Positions 38,958-49,370 of a stretch of DNA of 64,000 bases are shown piece after piece (within the stretch, counting starts at the first letter, position 1; each line of letters starts with the position of its first letter). The translations under genes were made by a program, and so were the position numbers. The stretch is from an uncultured Bacilli bacterium (GTDB lineage: Bacteria > Bacillota_I > Bacilli_A > RFN20 > CAG-826), in NCBI GenBank assembly GCA_905236715.1, contig CAJOMQ010000001.1:110015-174014 (forward strand). The letters are read 5' to 3'. The notes beneath the pieces were generated by a model. That model saw only the letters and a program-made list of their open reading frames with translations. It did not search any database and was not told the DNA's origin.

Positions 38958-39722
38958 TTATGCGGCTAATTGAGGTGGATCTTGGAAAGTTAAAATTTGT
39001 TTTAAAGTCATCTTATCAACGACTAAATTATGAATAATTGTATAAATAACATGACCTAAGAAGAATCCGATTCCTAACGCATACCAGCTGGTCAGAATCG
39101 GGAAGCTATCTAATAAAGAGGCACCGATATTCATACATTCTTTCGGAGCAAAGCCTAAATTTTGCATTTCAAACACCCCAAGAGTAATGGCTACACAATA
39201 AAATATGAGAGGATAATAAATCTTTTTCATCGTGAACTTGAAATAGCCAATTAAAAGCATATAAATGACAAGCCAGAACATAAAGAAATGGAAAAATAAA
39301 GAAGTTAATGTGCGGAATGGGAGCCCCGGATATTCATTTAATGTATCAGGATAGACAATATTAGAGAATCCACCGAAAAGGGCGTAAATAAAGGCGCTAT
39401 AACTAACGGCGTTATTTTTCTTTCCCACTAAAACCGATATTGTTATAACAAATACCGCCAAAGAACAGACAGAATGAGGAAGAAACATCAACCAAGAATG
39501 TCCATCTTGCACATCACCAATCGTCGCCCAAATACGGTTTAAAATCGCTATGAAAAGAGTTAAACCGGCGGCAATCATGAGAACAATGCGTTGCGCTTTT
39601 TCTTCTTTCACATATTTATGTAATAAAATCATGCTTACGACTAAAAAAGCCGTGCCGAAAATCATAAAAAGAATGTGAAATAGACTGAAAGTGCCGTGCA
39701 ATAATTCAAAATAGAAATTCAT
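38958..39722 (-). CDS. YwaF/TP0381-like integral membrane protein
   Basis: FSLFHI, LPHSVCS, YPD, FFHFF; about 7 TMs. Confidence 0.7.
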   Translation of the reverse strand: MNFYFELLHGTFSLFHILFMIFGTAFLVVSMILLHKYVKEEKAQRIVLMIAAGLTLFIAILNRIWATIGDVQDGHSWLMFLPHSVCSLAVFVITISVLVGKKNNAVSYSAFIYALFGGFSNIVYPDTLNEYPGLPFRTLTSLFFHFFMFWLVIYMLLIGYFKFTMKKIYYPLIFYCVAITLGVFEMQNLGFAPKECMNIGASLLDSFPILTSWYALGIGFFLGHVIYTIIHNLVVDKMTLKQILTFQDPPQLAA

Positions 39723-39761
39723 ACAATTTGAAAAAAGGCGGGAGAACCGCCTTGTTAATTA

Positions 39762-41042
39762 TTATTTGTAAAAATTGCGAGCGCTGACCACAAAAATACC
39801 GTTTGGATTAAATCTTCCTTTATCACCGAGTTCGCTGCTGGAATAATATTTAAAGGTTAAAGTACCGTTAGGTTGGGGACCATATTCGCTGTCACGGAAG
39901 TGTTCATAATAGATGCTACCATCTGATGAATCTGTTCTTTTTACAAAGTGATCGGTATCCGCTTCTAATAAAGTGGCATAAGTAGCGCTAATGTCACCGA
40001 CACCGTTGAAAGTAACAGCGTAGTTAGAACAATAACCATTATTAAAGTAATAATCTGAAACACGAACGTTTAACGATTCACAACCGCTGGGGAAAGGAAG
40101 ATGGCTAATATAAGCAAATTTTCCTTTTTGTTCTTCGCTATAATCACCGTGGAAATATGGATCAGATATAACTTGGTTCACAGCGTAATCAAGATTATTG
40201 CTTCTCACGCGATTAAAATTATGAAAGGTTAAAGAAGCAAAATTATAATCATCATAATATTGTTGATTTTGTTCTTTAAGGTTGAGGTTCAATCTAATTT
40301 GATTAGCACCACGAGGAACGAAGACTTCGATGGTATCAACATATTCATTTGTTTGAGATTCATAATTATCTTTGTCAATGATGACACCGCTAGCGTGTAA
40401 CAAAGCTCTTCTAACCGAAGCGCTGGCGTTATAATCAAAGATATAATCCATATTTGTACGTTTACGGAAAGTCATTTCTTCAGATTTGATCGTTAAATCA
40501 TCATAATAAGTGGTATAAATAGCCTCTTGTGCTTCTTGTAAAGAAGAAGTTTCGCCAATCATGCCAGAATACATGAAGTCGGCTTCTTCTAATTCCTCGC
40601 TATAGGTTCGCCAATCGGTAAATAGCATAATGCCTTTTTCGCTAGGAACATAAGCATATAAACGGCGATTGGATTGATTGAAATCGGTGGTAGAATGATA
40701 ACCAGTCACGAGGCCTTTTTCTTTGCCTAAAAGATAGAAGACTGGTCTTTCAGACCAAAATTGGTTAGTTATTTCATAATTTTGATTTTCCATCTTCGCT
40801 AAGACAGTGTTTAAGGCTTGCCATGCAGCGGCTTCGATATCTTCGGGAGTTTCTTGACTTTCACTTTCTGAGGAAGAGGAAGAAGAAGAGCTAGAGGAGC
40901 TTTCTTCACTAGAAGAGCTTTCACTAGATGATTGTTCATCAGAAGAAGATGGTCTATCAGGAATGTGGCGGCCAATAAATGGGCTACAAGCAGAAATACC
41001 AAATAAAGCGATTACAGATAATAATAAAATGTTCTTTTTCAT
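39762..41042 (-). CDS. Surface lipoprotein with Ser-rich linker
   Basis: MKKNILLL...GISAC lipobox followed by a poly-Ser/Glu stretch. Confidence 0.8.
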   Translation of the reverse strand: MKKNILLLSVIALFGISACSPFIGRHIPDRPSSSDEQSSSESSSSEESSSSSSSSSSSESESQETPEDIEAAAWQALNTVLAKMENQNYEITNQFWSERPVFYLLGKEKGLVTGYHSTTDFNQSNRRLYAYVPSEKGIMLFTDWRTYSEELEEADFMYSGMIGETSSLQEAQEAIYTTYYDDLTIKSEEMTFRKRTNMDYIFDYNASASVRRALLHASGVIIDKDNYESQTNEYVDTIEVFVPRGANQIRLNLNLKEQNQQYYDDYNFASLTFHNFNRVRSNNLDYAVNQVISDPYFHGDYSEEQKGKFAYISHLPFPSGCESLNVRVSDYYFNNGYCSNYAVTFNGVGDISATYATLLEADTDHFVKRTDSSDGSIYYEHFRDSEYGPQPNGTLTFKYYSSSELGDKGRFNPNGIFVVSARNFYK

Positions 41043-41064
41043 ATTCTTTTTTCCTCCTCACTTA

Positions 41065-43308
41065 TTAGTTGTGGAAAATATAGTCGATATCATATGGACT
41101 ATAACCCCATATACTATCGTGATAACGATATTCGTTAACATTATCAACGATGACATAGCGTAAAAAGCCGGGAACCACAACAGTTTCGCCATAGATATTT
41201 ATGGTTATGTCTTGGAAAATATATCCACTACCATAATCACTGGTGTCAATGTTGTAATTCTTTAATCTGAAATATAATGATTCTTCAACACTATCATAAG
41301 AATAAGATGGATCATTGTTTCTTTTATATTCATGATAGGCATCATATACTTCATCATATGATTTCTTTACAGGATTATAGATATATGGTTCTTCGCTACC
41401 ATAGAATTTAATGGCTAAATCATTGGGGATGACTGTTCCTTTATTGATAAATAAGACATTATTGTCAGCATAGAAGTTTTCGTCATTATAGAAATTCCAC
41501 CAGCTATTACTGATGTGACCATCGTCATCAAGTTTGGCGTAGTTAGGTTCAAAATCATCAGATTGTAACAATAAATTAACAGTTTTGGGGATGACGTAAT
41601 AAATTTTTCTGAATGTTTCTCCATTGTATTCGAGTTCAAAATAATTAACGCCAACTTTAGAAGTATCAAGATAAGAAACCTTAAAATTAATATCATCTGA
41701 GTAAACAGAATAGTAATTTCCAGTTTCGGTGTCCCAATATGAGAAATGGATACCTAAATCTTTTGGATTAATCACATCATTTTGGCGGAAGAAGAAGTGG
41801 CGATTAATGGTGTAATCATGGTCAAAATAAACATCGTCATATCTTGGTGACCAAGCCATTCTTTCCATAACTTGGTCCATAATGCTTCCATAAATAAATT
41901 CACCAAGATTTTCTACTTCACCATCATCAATCGCATCTTTGATGGAATCGTAAGTGGTGTCATAAGAAATACCGAAGGTCGCAAAGGCGCGGGTAATCGC
42001 ATCGCGTTCTTCTTGAGTATAAACATTGAAATGGGCTTCATAATATCCCATTAATTCTTCAAATAATTCTTGTTGAGTGGCATCATCAGGGAAGAAGCTT
42101 TCTTCACTAACAGGAAGACCGATGATTTCCATTTCTTTGGCGGTGAAGTCAGTGGTAATGTCGCTGAGAAGTCTGAATAAAAGATTCATACCTTCTCCAT
42201 CAACACCAGCGGAAACTGAAGTAATGAATTCTAATAATGAATTCCAATCGTTGACATTAACAAGTTCATCATCTTCAAAAGTATCAGGAATATTTGTTAA
42301 TTTAAAAACTTCTCCCAAGGTTTTGAAGAAAGGGAGCCAACATTGATCAGGTAAAGCGATATCTTTGAAGAAGCCACCTAAGCAATGGATTAAATCAAGG
42401 ATGTTTTCACCATTTCCGAGATATTCTTCAATTTGTTCATAAACTTCATCTTCAAATGGGATGCCAAATAAATAGGCAAGCAATGTTTCGAGTTGAATAT
42501 CTTCTGGGAAATTTTTCTGGAGAGCTAAGAAAACTCTACTGAACACTCTTAAACCCATATAAGTGAAATCTTCATTAATCACAACGCGTAATGTTTCAAG
42601 GAAGGAATAAAATTCATCATAAATGGCGAAAATATCAATATTGTCAAACATTTCATTTATTAATTGTTCTAAATATGCATTAGTTTCGCCTTTGGATTCG
42701 AGATATCTTAAAGCACCACGGGCACTACCGAAATCATCTTGTTCACCATCGGTGAATAGATATTTGATTTCTGTTATGACGGTTTCATCATTAGCGATTT
42801 CTTCTAATGTACCGAGGAAACGGTCGGTATCAAGATGCGCAAAGAAATTAATGATGTTTTTATAAAGGGTAATGTTTTGATATGTGCTTTCACCAGCAAA
42901 AACGATATTGAAAAACACAGAAACCACACCAGCGAAATCTTTTTCACTCATGTGATTGTGTTCGATAAGGAAATCCCAAGTATCGCCCATATAGAAACGG
43001 ACATAATCAGCAAAATCCTTGCTTCCGACTTCATCGGCAAAAATTTGGGCGCCTGTTTCTGGAGAAATAGCGTCAATCACGCCAGGTTCATAAGGTCTTA
43101 AAATAGGATCTAATTCCGGCTCTGGCTCAGGTGTATCACTGGAGCTAGAAGTATCGGAAGAAGTCTGTGATTCTGTATCTGATGAAGAGGTTTGTGATTG
43201 TGAATCGTCTGACCAAGATCCATAATCATAACCAATGAATTCACTACATGCAGATAGACCCAAAATACTTGATAGCGCCAATATTGCAATCTTAAATTTG
43301 GTTTTCAT
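41065..43308 (-). CDS. Large acidic surface lipoprotein
   Basis: MKTKFK...GLSAC lipobox, Ser/Thr linker, PEPEP; TTGACA-17-TATTTT promoter and AAGGAGAG SD upstream. Confidence 0.8.
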   Translation of the reverse strand: MKTKFKIAILALSSILGLSACSEFIGYDYGSWSDDSQSQTSSSDTESQTSSDTSSSSDTPEPEPELDPILRPYEPGVIDAISPETGAQIFADEVGSKDFADYVRFYMGDTWDFLIEHNHMSEKDFAGVVSVFFNIVFAGESTYQNITLYKNIINFFAHLDTDRFLGTLEEIANDETVITEIKYLFTDGEQDDFGSARGALRYLESKGETNAYLEQLINEMFDNIDIFAIYDEFYSFLETLRVVINEDFTYMGLRVFSRVFLALQKNFPEDIQLETLLAYLFGIPFEDEVYEQIEEYLGNGENILDLIHCLGGFFKDIALPDQCWLPFFKTLGEVFKLTNIPDTFEDDELVNVNDWNSLLEFITSVSAGVDGEGMNLLFRLLSDITTDFTAKEMEIIGLPVSEESFFPDDATQQELFEELMGYYEAHFNVYTQEERDAITRAFATFGISYDTTYDSIKDAIDDGEVENLGEFIYGSIMDQVMERMAWSPRYDDVYFDHDYTINRHFFFRQNDVINPKDLGIHFSYWDTETGNYYSVYSDDINFKVSYLDTSKVGVNYFELEYNGETFRKIYYVIPKTVNLLLQSDDFEPNYAKLDDDGHISNSWWNFYNDENFYADNNVLFINKGTVIPNDLAIKFYGSEEPYIYNPVKKSYDEVYDAYHEYKRNNDPSYSYDSVEESLYFRLKNYNIDTSDYGSGYIFQDITINIYGETVVVPGFLRYVIVDNVNEYRYHDSIWGYSPYDIDYIFHN

Positions 43309-43459
43309 ATTTTTCTCTCCTTTTTGTGTGATAATAGTTCTAAATCTATCATCGGTTCCACCTTATAGGTGCCTTCAAAAAAATACTATCATTGTTTGCA
43401 TTTGTCAATACTTAACATTAAACTATCAGTTAAAATAAAATAAAAAACGCGTAAAAAGT

Positions 43460-46047
43460 ATGATTAAAGTTGAAAACGTCAGTAAAAAATTTTATACCGA
43501 GAATGGGAAAAAATATCGCTACATCTTAAAAAATGTGAGCTTAACTTTACCCAATAAAGGGCTTGTTTCAATCTTAGGTCATTCTGGTTGTGGAAAAACA
43601 ACATTCCTCAATGTTATCTCCACATTAGAAGAACCAGATGAAGGTAAATTATTTTTTAATGATATCGATTCCACGACTTTAACCAATACTCAAAAAGATG
43701 AATTAAGACACCTTCACATTGGCTATATTTATCAAGAGCACAATCTTATTTCTCACCAAACAGTTTATGAAAATATCCGTATGTCTTTTAATCTTGGCTC
43801 CACAATGTCAAGAAAAGAAGAACATGAAAAAATCATACAATTAGCGGATGAATTCCATTTAAATGAAATATTGTACAATTATCCTACTTCATTATCAGGT
43901 GGGGAAAAGGAAAGAGTCGCTATTGCGCGTGCTTTAGCTAATGATCCCGACATCCTTTTAGCGGATGAGCCAACAGGTTCTTTGGATGAGAAAAACGCCG
44001 AAGAAGTTATGGAATTATTAAAGAAATTATCACAAACCAAATTGGTGGTTTTAGTTTCTCATAATAATGAATTAGTCAATCGTTATTCCGATCGCATTTT
44101 AAAAATGAAAGAAGGAAAAATCACTAGTGACACCCATGAAAAAGATGTCATTGGTAACGATGATTCTTTTGCTCATCGGAAATCACAATCACGTCCCGAA
44201 AGTATTTTCCGTCTAGCGTTTTCCCGTATCCGTAATAAATGGGGAAGATATACCTTTGTCACTTTTATTAATGCCTTAGGTATTGCGGGTGTGGCTTTAA
44301 CCATTGCTGCTTATCGTGGGGCCAACGACTTTGCTACCGAAATGCAAAAAGAAGCCCTATTAACATATCCATTAATGGTCAGTAATGTCTCTTCTGGTCT
44401 TGGCAATTCCTTTTTAGCGGAAGGTGGCAGTGTCGAATATCCTAATGATGGGAAAATTCATCGTGTCGAAAACGATAATTCCACGGTCAACATTAACCCC
44501 ATCACGCAAGAATTTGTCGATTATCTCAAAGCCGAATTACCAGATGCGGATATTGCCACAAAGAGTGCCTTAGCACCACAGATTGTGGTTGAAAACGCGG
44601 ATGGCACTGGTGTTAATACGTTTGCCGCGAAAGATATCGATGACTTTACTGGTTTTGAATCTATTTTTAATGGCAGTAACAACTATTTCCGCTGCATGGC
44701 GGCTAGTAAAGATACTGTTTTATCTTCTTATGATGTTTTATATGGTGAATATCCCGAAGAGACTGACGAAGATGCGGATAAAGCTATCTTTGTTTTAGAT
44801 GGAAGAAATTATTTCCCTTCCTATGCTTTAGATTTATTTGGTCTTCCTGGTAATGAAATCTCTTTTGAAAAAGTCACTCAAAAAGAATTTAAATTCTTTT
44901 CTAATAATGATTATTACATTGATATCGGTAGTAACACTGTGACTGATCGTTTTATGAAAGATGAAGCCACTTTAGCCAGTGAAGGTAAACAAGCGGATAA
45001 ATTAGAATATCATCTTTTACAAGCCGCATTAGCCTATAGCGAAGATGATATGACGGAATTAGATAGACAAATGGATGAGATTGATTCTTATTTTGAAGAT
45101 AGTAAATCCACCAGACAAATGCACTATTACAATGTGAAATCTAATAGTCAACTCTGGGAAGATTATAAAAATGGTACCGGTACACCGATGCATGTATCCT
45201 GCATCTTAAGACCAAAAAAAGGTTTGACTTTCCCCTTCCTTTTACCAGGTGTTTATTATTCCAAAGCTTATTCTAATTTATTCCAACAAGAAAATAAGAT
45301 TAGCGCCTTTGCGCAAGATTATAACAATCACATTACCTTCTACCGCAAAACGACACCTGGCACTTTTTCGATTCCGAAGATTTATAAAAACATCGGAAGC
45401 GCGGATGAGATGACAGGCGGAATTGAACAATCTCTAACCAACATATATTCTTATTTCTTAAATAGAAAATTATATGGTTTAGATACTTCTTTATTTGAAG
45501 TACGTATTTTGGTTAATACCTTTGCGGAAAAAGATCATGCGAAAGAAGTATTAGATTACATCCCGATGATGAAGATATGCATTATAGCGATATTGGTGGC
45601 GCTTTGAATAAGACCATTCAAAAATATGTCGGCATTTTAATCGCGGTTTTATATGTCGTTATCGCTGTTGTGTTATTATCTAACACCATGGTCACCGCTT
45701 TAACGGCGATATTAGAAATTAATTCAAGACAAAGAGAAATTGGTATATATCGTTCTTTAGGTGGCAAGAGCAGTTATGTCCGTTGTTTATTCATAGGCGA
45801 AGAAGGAATCGTTGGTTTATTCGCTGCGGTTGTGGGTATCGCTATATCATATATTGCCCTACCGTTCATTAACCTATTTATGCAACGTTCAATCGACGCC
45901 ACAATTATCTCTAGTTTTGCCACACTTCCCGCACCAATTGCCTTTATTATTGCCGGTGCGGCATTACTAGTCACCTTATTAAGCACCTTTGTGCCGGCGA
46001 TGTTAGCCACCAAGACTAGACCAAGCAAAGCTTTGAGAAATATGTAA
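43460..46047 (+). pseudogene. MacB/FtsX-type fused ABC ATPase-permease, frameshifted near 45555
   Basis: GHSGCGKT, LSGGEKERV, LADEPTGSLD; the C-terminal FtsX part (R.REIGIYRSLG..PAMLA.K.RP..ALR) lies in another frame at 45577-46047. Confidence 0.8.
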
Positions 46048-46099
46048 TTCTTTTATCTACTTACTAGATAACAAGAAAAAAAGATATTATCATGAAAAT

Positions 46100-47926
46100 A
46101 TGAAAACAAAATTAGCATTATTTTTCTGTGTTCCCTGCTTAATGTTAGCAGGTTGTCATCATCAACCAGAAGAATGGGCGGATGATTTTATCAATAGTAA
46201 TCCCGAAGGTGAAAAGATTGTCTATAAAATGGTCATCAACGATGGCGATGACGCCATGGCGGAAGATTTTCTTTATTACACTGATGATTATTTCGCTGAA
46301 CCCGCGGAGACATTAAACATCTCTTTTTCCAATGCTTCTTTTGGTTTAGTGCAAGGTTCCACCCCTAATGTGGAAGAAAAAGATTATGCCTTAAAAAGTG
46401 AAACAGGAAAGAAATTATTCCACGATTTACATTTTGTGGATGTCACCAGTAATTTAGATTATCAACAAGAACCCACAGAAAATTCTATTGGTGCGATATT
46501 TGGTCATAAACAAATTAATATTGAAGATAAATCATATCAATTAATCGCTATTGCGATTCGCTCGAATAATTATGAATTAGAATGGCTAAATAATTTTCTC
46601 ATTGGTGAAGTAGGTGATCATCAAGGTTTTGCCCAATCAAGTGAAAAATTATTCCAAGATATCGATAATTATTTAACGGAATATCATATCTCTGGCCCCG
46701 TTAAAATGTGGATTACGGGTCATTCACGTGGGGCAAATGTCGTTAATTTGTTAGGTGGTAAATTAGATAAGGCGATCAAATTAGAACAAAAATTATTTAC
46801 CCAAGATGTTACCTATAGTAAAAACGATTTATATATTCAATGTTTTAATCCCTCTATGGTGGCTTATTCTACGGAGCCATTAAATGGAGATGAATATATT
46901 AATATTCAATGTTTTACTTCTTTTTCCGATTTAACCAATTATGTGCCTAGTGCTTCTTATGGTTTTAATCGTTATGGAAAAACTTATTATTTACCTTCTT
47001 ATATCACAGGCGGTGATTACGCGAGCGCGCAAGCCATATACCGTAGATATTATAACGAATACACCAATTTAAAAGATTTATTAGGAGAGGCTAAATTTGC
47101 CCAATTAATTCCTTATAAATATAACGGTAGTCCTCTTTTAGTGAAGCCCGTGGAGGATACTAGCAAATTAAATTGGTCAATTGAAATCTTTTTAAAAGAT
47201 TTATCACAGATTTTATTTGATGAAATCGTCGTTTCACGTGAGAACTACGTCGATAATTTCCAAGATAGTTTATTGAAAGCCTTACGTTATATATTAACCA
47301 AATATCAAATTGTGGATTTATTTGAGCAAGATATCCTTGAATTGGTGAGTGAAATCGTTGATAACGCTTTTGATAGTGATGAAGAAGCTAATGCTTTTTA
47401 TACCACTATCATGGGTGCTTTTATGACTCTTATGAATAAACATCCCGATATTTTAGCCACTTTAAGAGGGGGTGATTTATCCGCCTTTATCTTCTCCCAT
47501 TTATCCGCGACTGCGCGTATTTGGTTTAAGATTATGGATCCGAATTATTTAAGAGAACCATTAACTTATGATATGACTTCTTCTTATAGAAGAATCACTC
47601 TTATTAATCACGATGATGGTTATTTTACCTATACATTAAATATCACCAATGAAAATGGTGACAAATTAGTGCAATTTAACCAAGGACAACCCAAAACCAT
47701 TAAAGATTCCACTATTCCCTATGGTTTATATAGTAACCGCTGCGTGATTTATTTACCGATGGAAGAACAATATACCTTGAATATTGTTTCCCCCAACTCT
47801 GATAGCGAAGTTGATTATACATTAGAAGATTATTCCATCATAAAAAATGACTACATAATTAATGTAGCCATGAAAACTTATTCTTTGACAAAAGGTCAAT
47901 ATCAAGAGATTGTTATTACTAAATAA
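46100..47926 (+). CDS. Lipoprotein with alpha/beta-hydrolase (lipase class 3-like) domain
   Basis: LAGC lipobox; IAIRS.NY..EW..NF, H.GF, ITGHSRGA nucleophile elbow. Confidence 0.8.
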   Translation: MKTKLALFFCVPCLMLAGCHHQPEEWADDFINSNPEGEKIVYKMVINDGDDAMAEDFLYYTDDYFAEPAETLNISFSNASFGLVQGSTPNVEEKDYALKSETGKKLFHDLHFVDVTSNLDYQQEPTENSIGAIFGHKQINIEDKSYQLIAIAIRSNNYELEWLNNFLIGEVGDHQGFAQSSEKLFQDIDNYLTEYHISGPVKMWITGHSRGANVVNLLGGKLDKAIKLEQKLFTQDVTYSKNDLYIQCFNPSMVAYSTEPLNGDEYINIQCFTSFSDLTNYVPSASYGFNRYGKTYYLPSYITGGDYASAQAIYRRYYNEYTNLKDLLGEAKFAQLIPYKYNGSPLLVKPVEDTSKLNWSIEIFLKDLSQILFDEIVVSRENYVDNFQDSLLKALRYILTKYQIVDLFEQDILELVSEIVDNAFDSDEEANAFYTTIMGAFMTLMNKHPDILATLRGGDLSAFIFSHLSATARIWFKIMDPNYLREPLTYDMTSSYRRITLINHDDGYFTYTLNITNENGDKLVQFNQGQPKTIKDSTIPYGLYSNRCVIYLPMEEQYTLNIVSPNSDSEVDYTLEDYSIIKNDYIINVAMKTYSLTKGQYQEIVITK

Positions 47927-48332
47927 CAAAATCTAGAACATATTCTTTTTCACTAATTTCTTTGAGAGTGATTTTAACAAAATAATCTTTTTCTAATTGA
48001 TAAAAATTTTGCCACATCTCTAATGTTTTACCCAATTTATCTTCTTGATGATGAGATAATTCACTCACGGGATATAAATCTACTTCAAATAAATTTAAAA
48101 TGTCCCAGATATTGATTTGTTCACCATCTTTTTTCAATTGATATCCACCATCTTTGCCTCTTTTCACAGAAACATAATCATTATCAATTAAAACCGGCAT
48201 CAGATGTTCGAGATATTTCAAAGACAAATCTTCATCAAGAGCGATGTTTTTTAAAGGCACTAAGCCTTTATTTTGATTTTCATAAAGGTACAAAAGTACC
48301 TTGATAGCGTTTTTACTACGAGATGAAAACAT
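47919..48332 (-). CDS. cymR: Rrf2-family regulator, CymR-like
   Basis: LSLKYLEHL, RGKDGGYQL; no Cys; C-terminal DFVI; 2 nt after the cysK stop. Confidence 0.75.
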   Translation of the reverse strand: MFSSRSKNAIKVLLYLYENQNKGLVPLKNIALDEDLSLKYLEHLMPVLIDNDYVSVKRGKDGGYQLKKDGEQINIWDILNLFEVDLYPVSELSHHQEDKLGKTLEMWQNFYQLEKDYFVKITLKEISEKEYVLDFVI

Positions 48333-48334
48333 TT

Positions 48335-49264
48335 TTATTCCTCGAATAAGGCGGTGGAAAGATATCTTTCACCAGTATCCGGTAATAAGACGACAATCGT
48401 TTTACCTCTATTTTCTTCTCTTTGCGCTAATTTGATCGCGGCATATGTCGCCGCACCGGAAGAAATACCAACGAGGAAACCTTCTTTTTTGCCAATTAAA
48501 CGACCATAAGTGAAAGCATCTTCATTATCAACAGGGATAATTTCATCATAGATATTAGTGTTTAATGTATCAGGAACAAAGCCCGCACCGATACCTTGAA
48601 TCTTATGAGGACCCGCATGACCTTCACTTAATACAGGGGAAGCAGATGGTTCCACGGCCACAATTTTAATGTTGGGGTTTTTCTTTTTCAAATAAGCACC
48701 AACACCACTGATGGTACCCCCGGTACCAACTCCAGCCACAAAGATGTCAACTTGGCCGTCTAAATCTTCATAAATTTCGGGGCCTGTTGTTTCTTCGTGA
48801 GCTTTTGGATTGGCGGGATTAACAAATTGCCCAGGGATGACTGCGTTAGGTACTGTTTTCACTAATTCATTCGCTTTTTCAATCGCGCCTTTCATGCCTT
48901 TAGAGCCTTCGGTTAAAACGATTTCCGCGCCATAAGCTTTCATTAATTTTCTTCTTTCAATGGACATCGTTTCGGGCATCACGATAATGGCTTTATAACC
49001 ACGAGACGCGGCGACAGAAGATAAACCAATTCCAGTGTTACCAGAAGTTGGTTCAATAATTGTGCTACCAGGTTTTAAAATCCCTTTTTCTTCTAAATCA
49101 TTAATCATGGCTAAGGCAATACGGTCTTTCACTGATCCGGCGGGATTAAAAAATTCCACTTTGCCGATGATACGGGCATTGAGATTGAATTCTTTTTCTA
49201 AATTGGTAAATTCCACAAGGGGAGTTTTACCGATTAATTCATCAATATGTTTATAGACTTTCAT
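48335..49264 (-). CDS. cysK: Cysteine synthase A
   Basis: [14 protein letters not shown] lysine, [34 protein letters not shown]. Confidence 0.97.
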   Translation of the reverse strand: MKVYKHIDELIGKTPLVEFTNLEKEFNLNARIIGKVEFFNPAGSVKDRIALAMINDLEEKGILKPGSTIIEPTSGNTGIGLSSVAASRGYKAIIVMPETMSIERRKLMKAYGAEIVLTEGSKGMKGAIEKANELVKTVPNAVIPGQFVNPANPKAHEETTGPEIYEDLDGQVDIFVAGVGTGGTISGVGAYLKKKNPNIKIVAVEPSASPVLSEGHAGPHKIQGIGAGFVPDTLNTNIYDEIIPVDNEDAFTYGRLIGKKEGFLVGISSGAATYAAIKLAQREENRGKTIVVLLPDTGERYLSTALFEE

Positions 49265-49280
49265 TTCATTCTCCTTTTTT

Positions 49281-49297
49281 CCTACTTTCCTAGTAGG
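49281..49297. promoter_or_regulatory. Rrf2/CymR-type operator upstream of cysK
   Basis: CCTACT-N5-AGTAGG inverted repeat immediately upstream of the cysK SD. Confidence 0.65.
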
Positions 49298-49370
49298 GTT
49301 ACTAGTTATACTTCTATTATATTTCTAATAATATAAAAGAAAAAGGCATTTTTATTGATGCCTTCTCTTT

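Noticed and set aside
40860..40950. Repetitive GAAGAG/CTAGA stretch
   Set aside because: Explained by the Ser-rich linker of the lipoprotein
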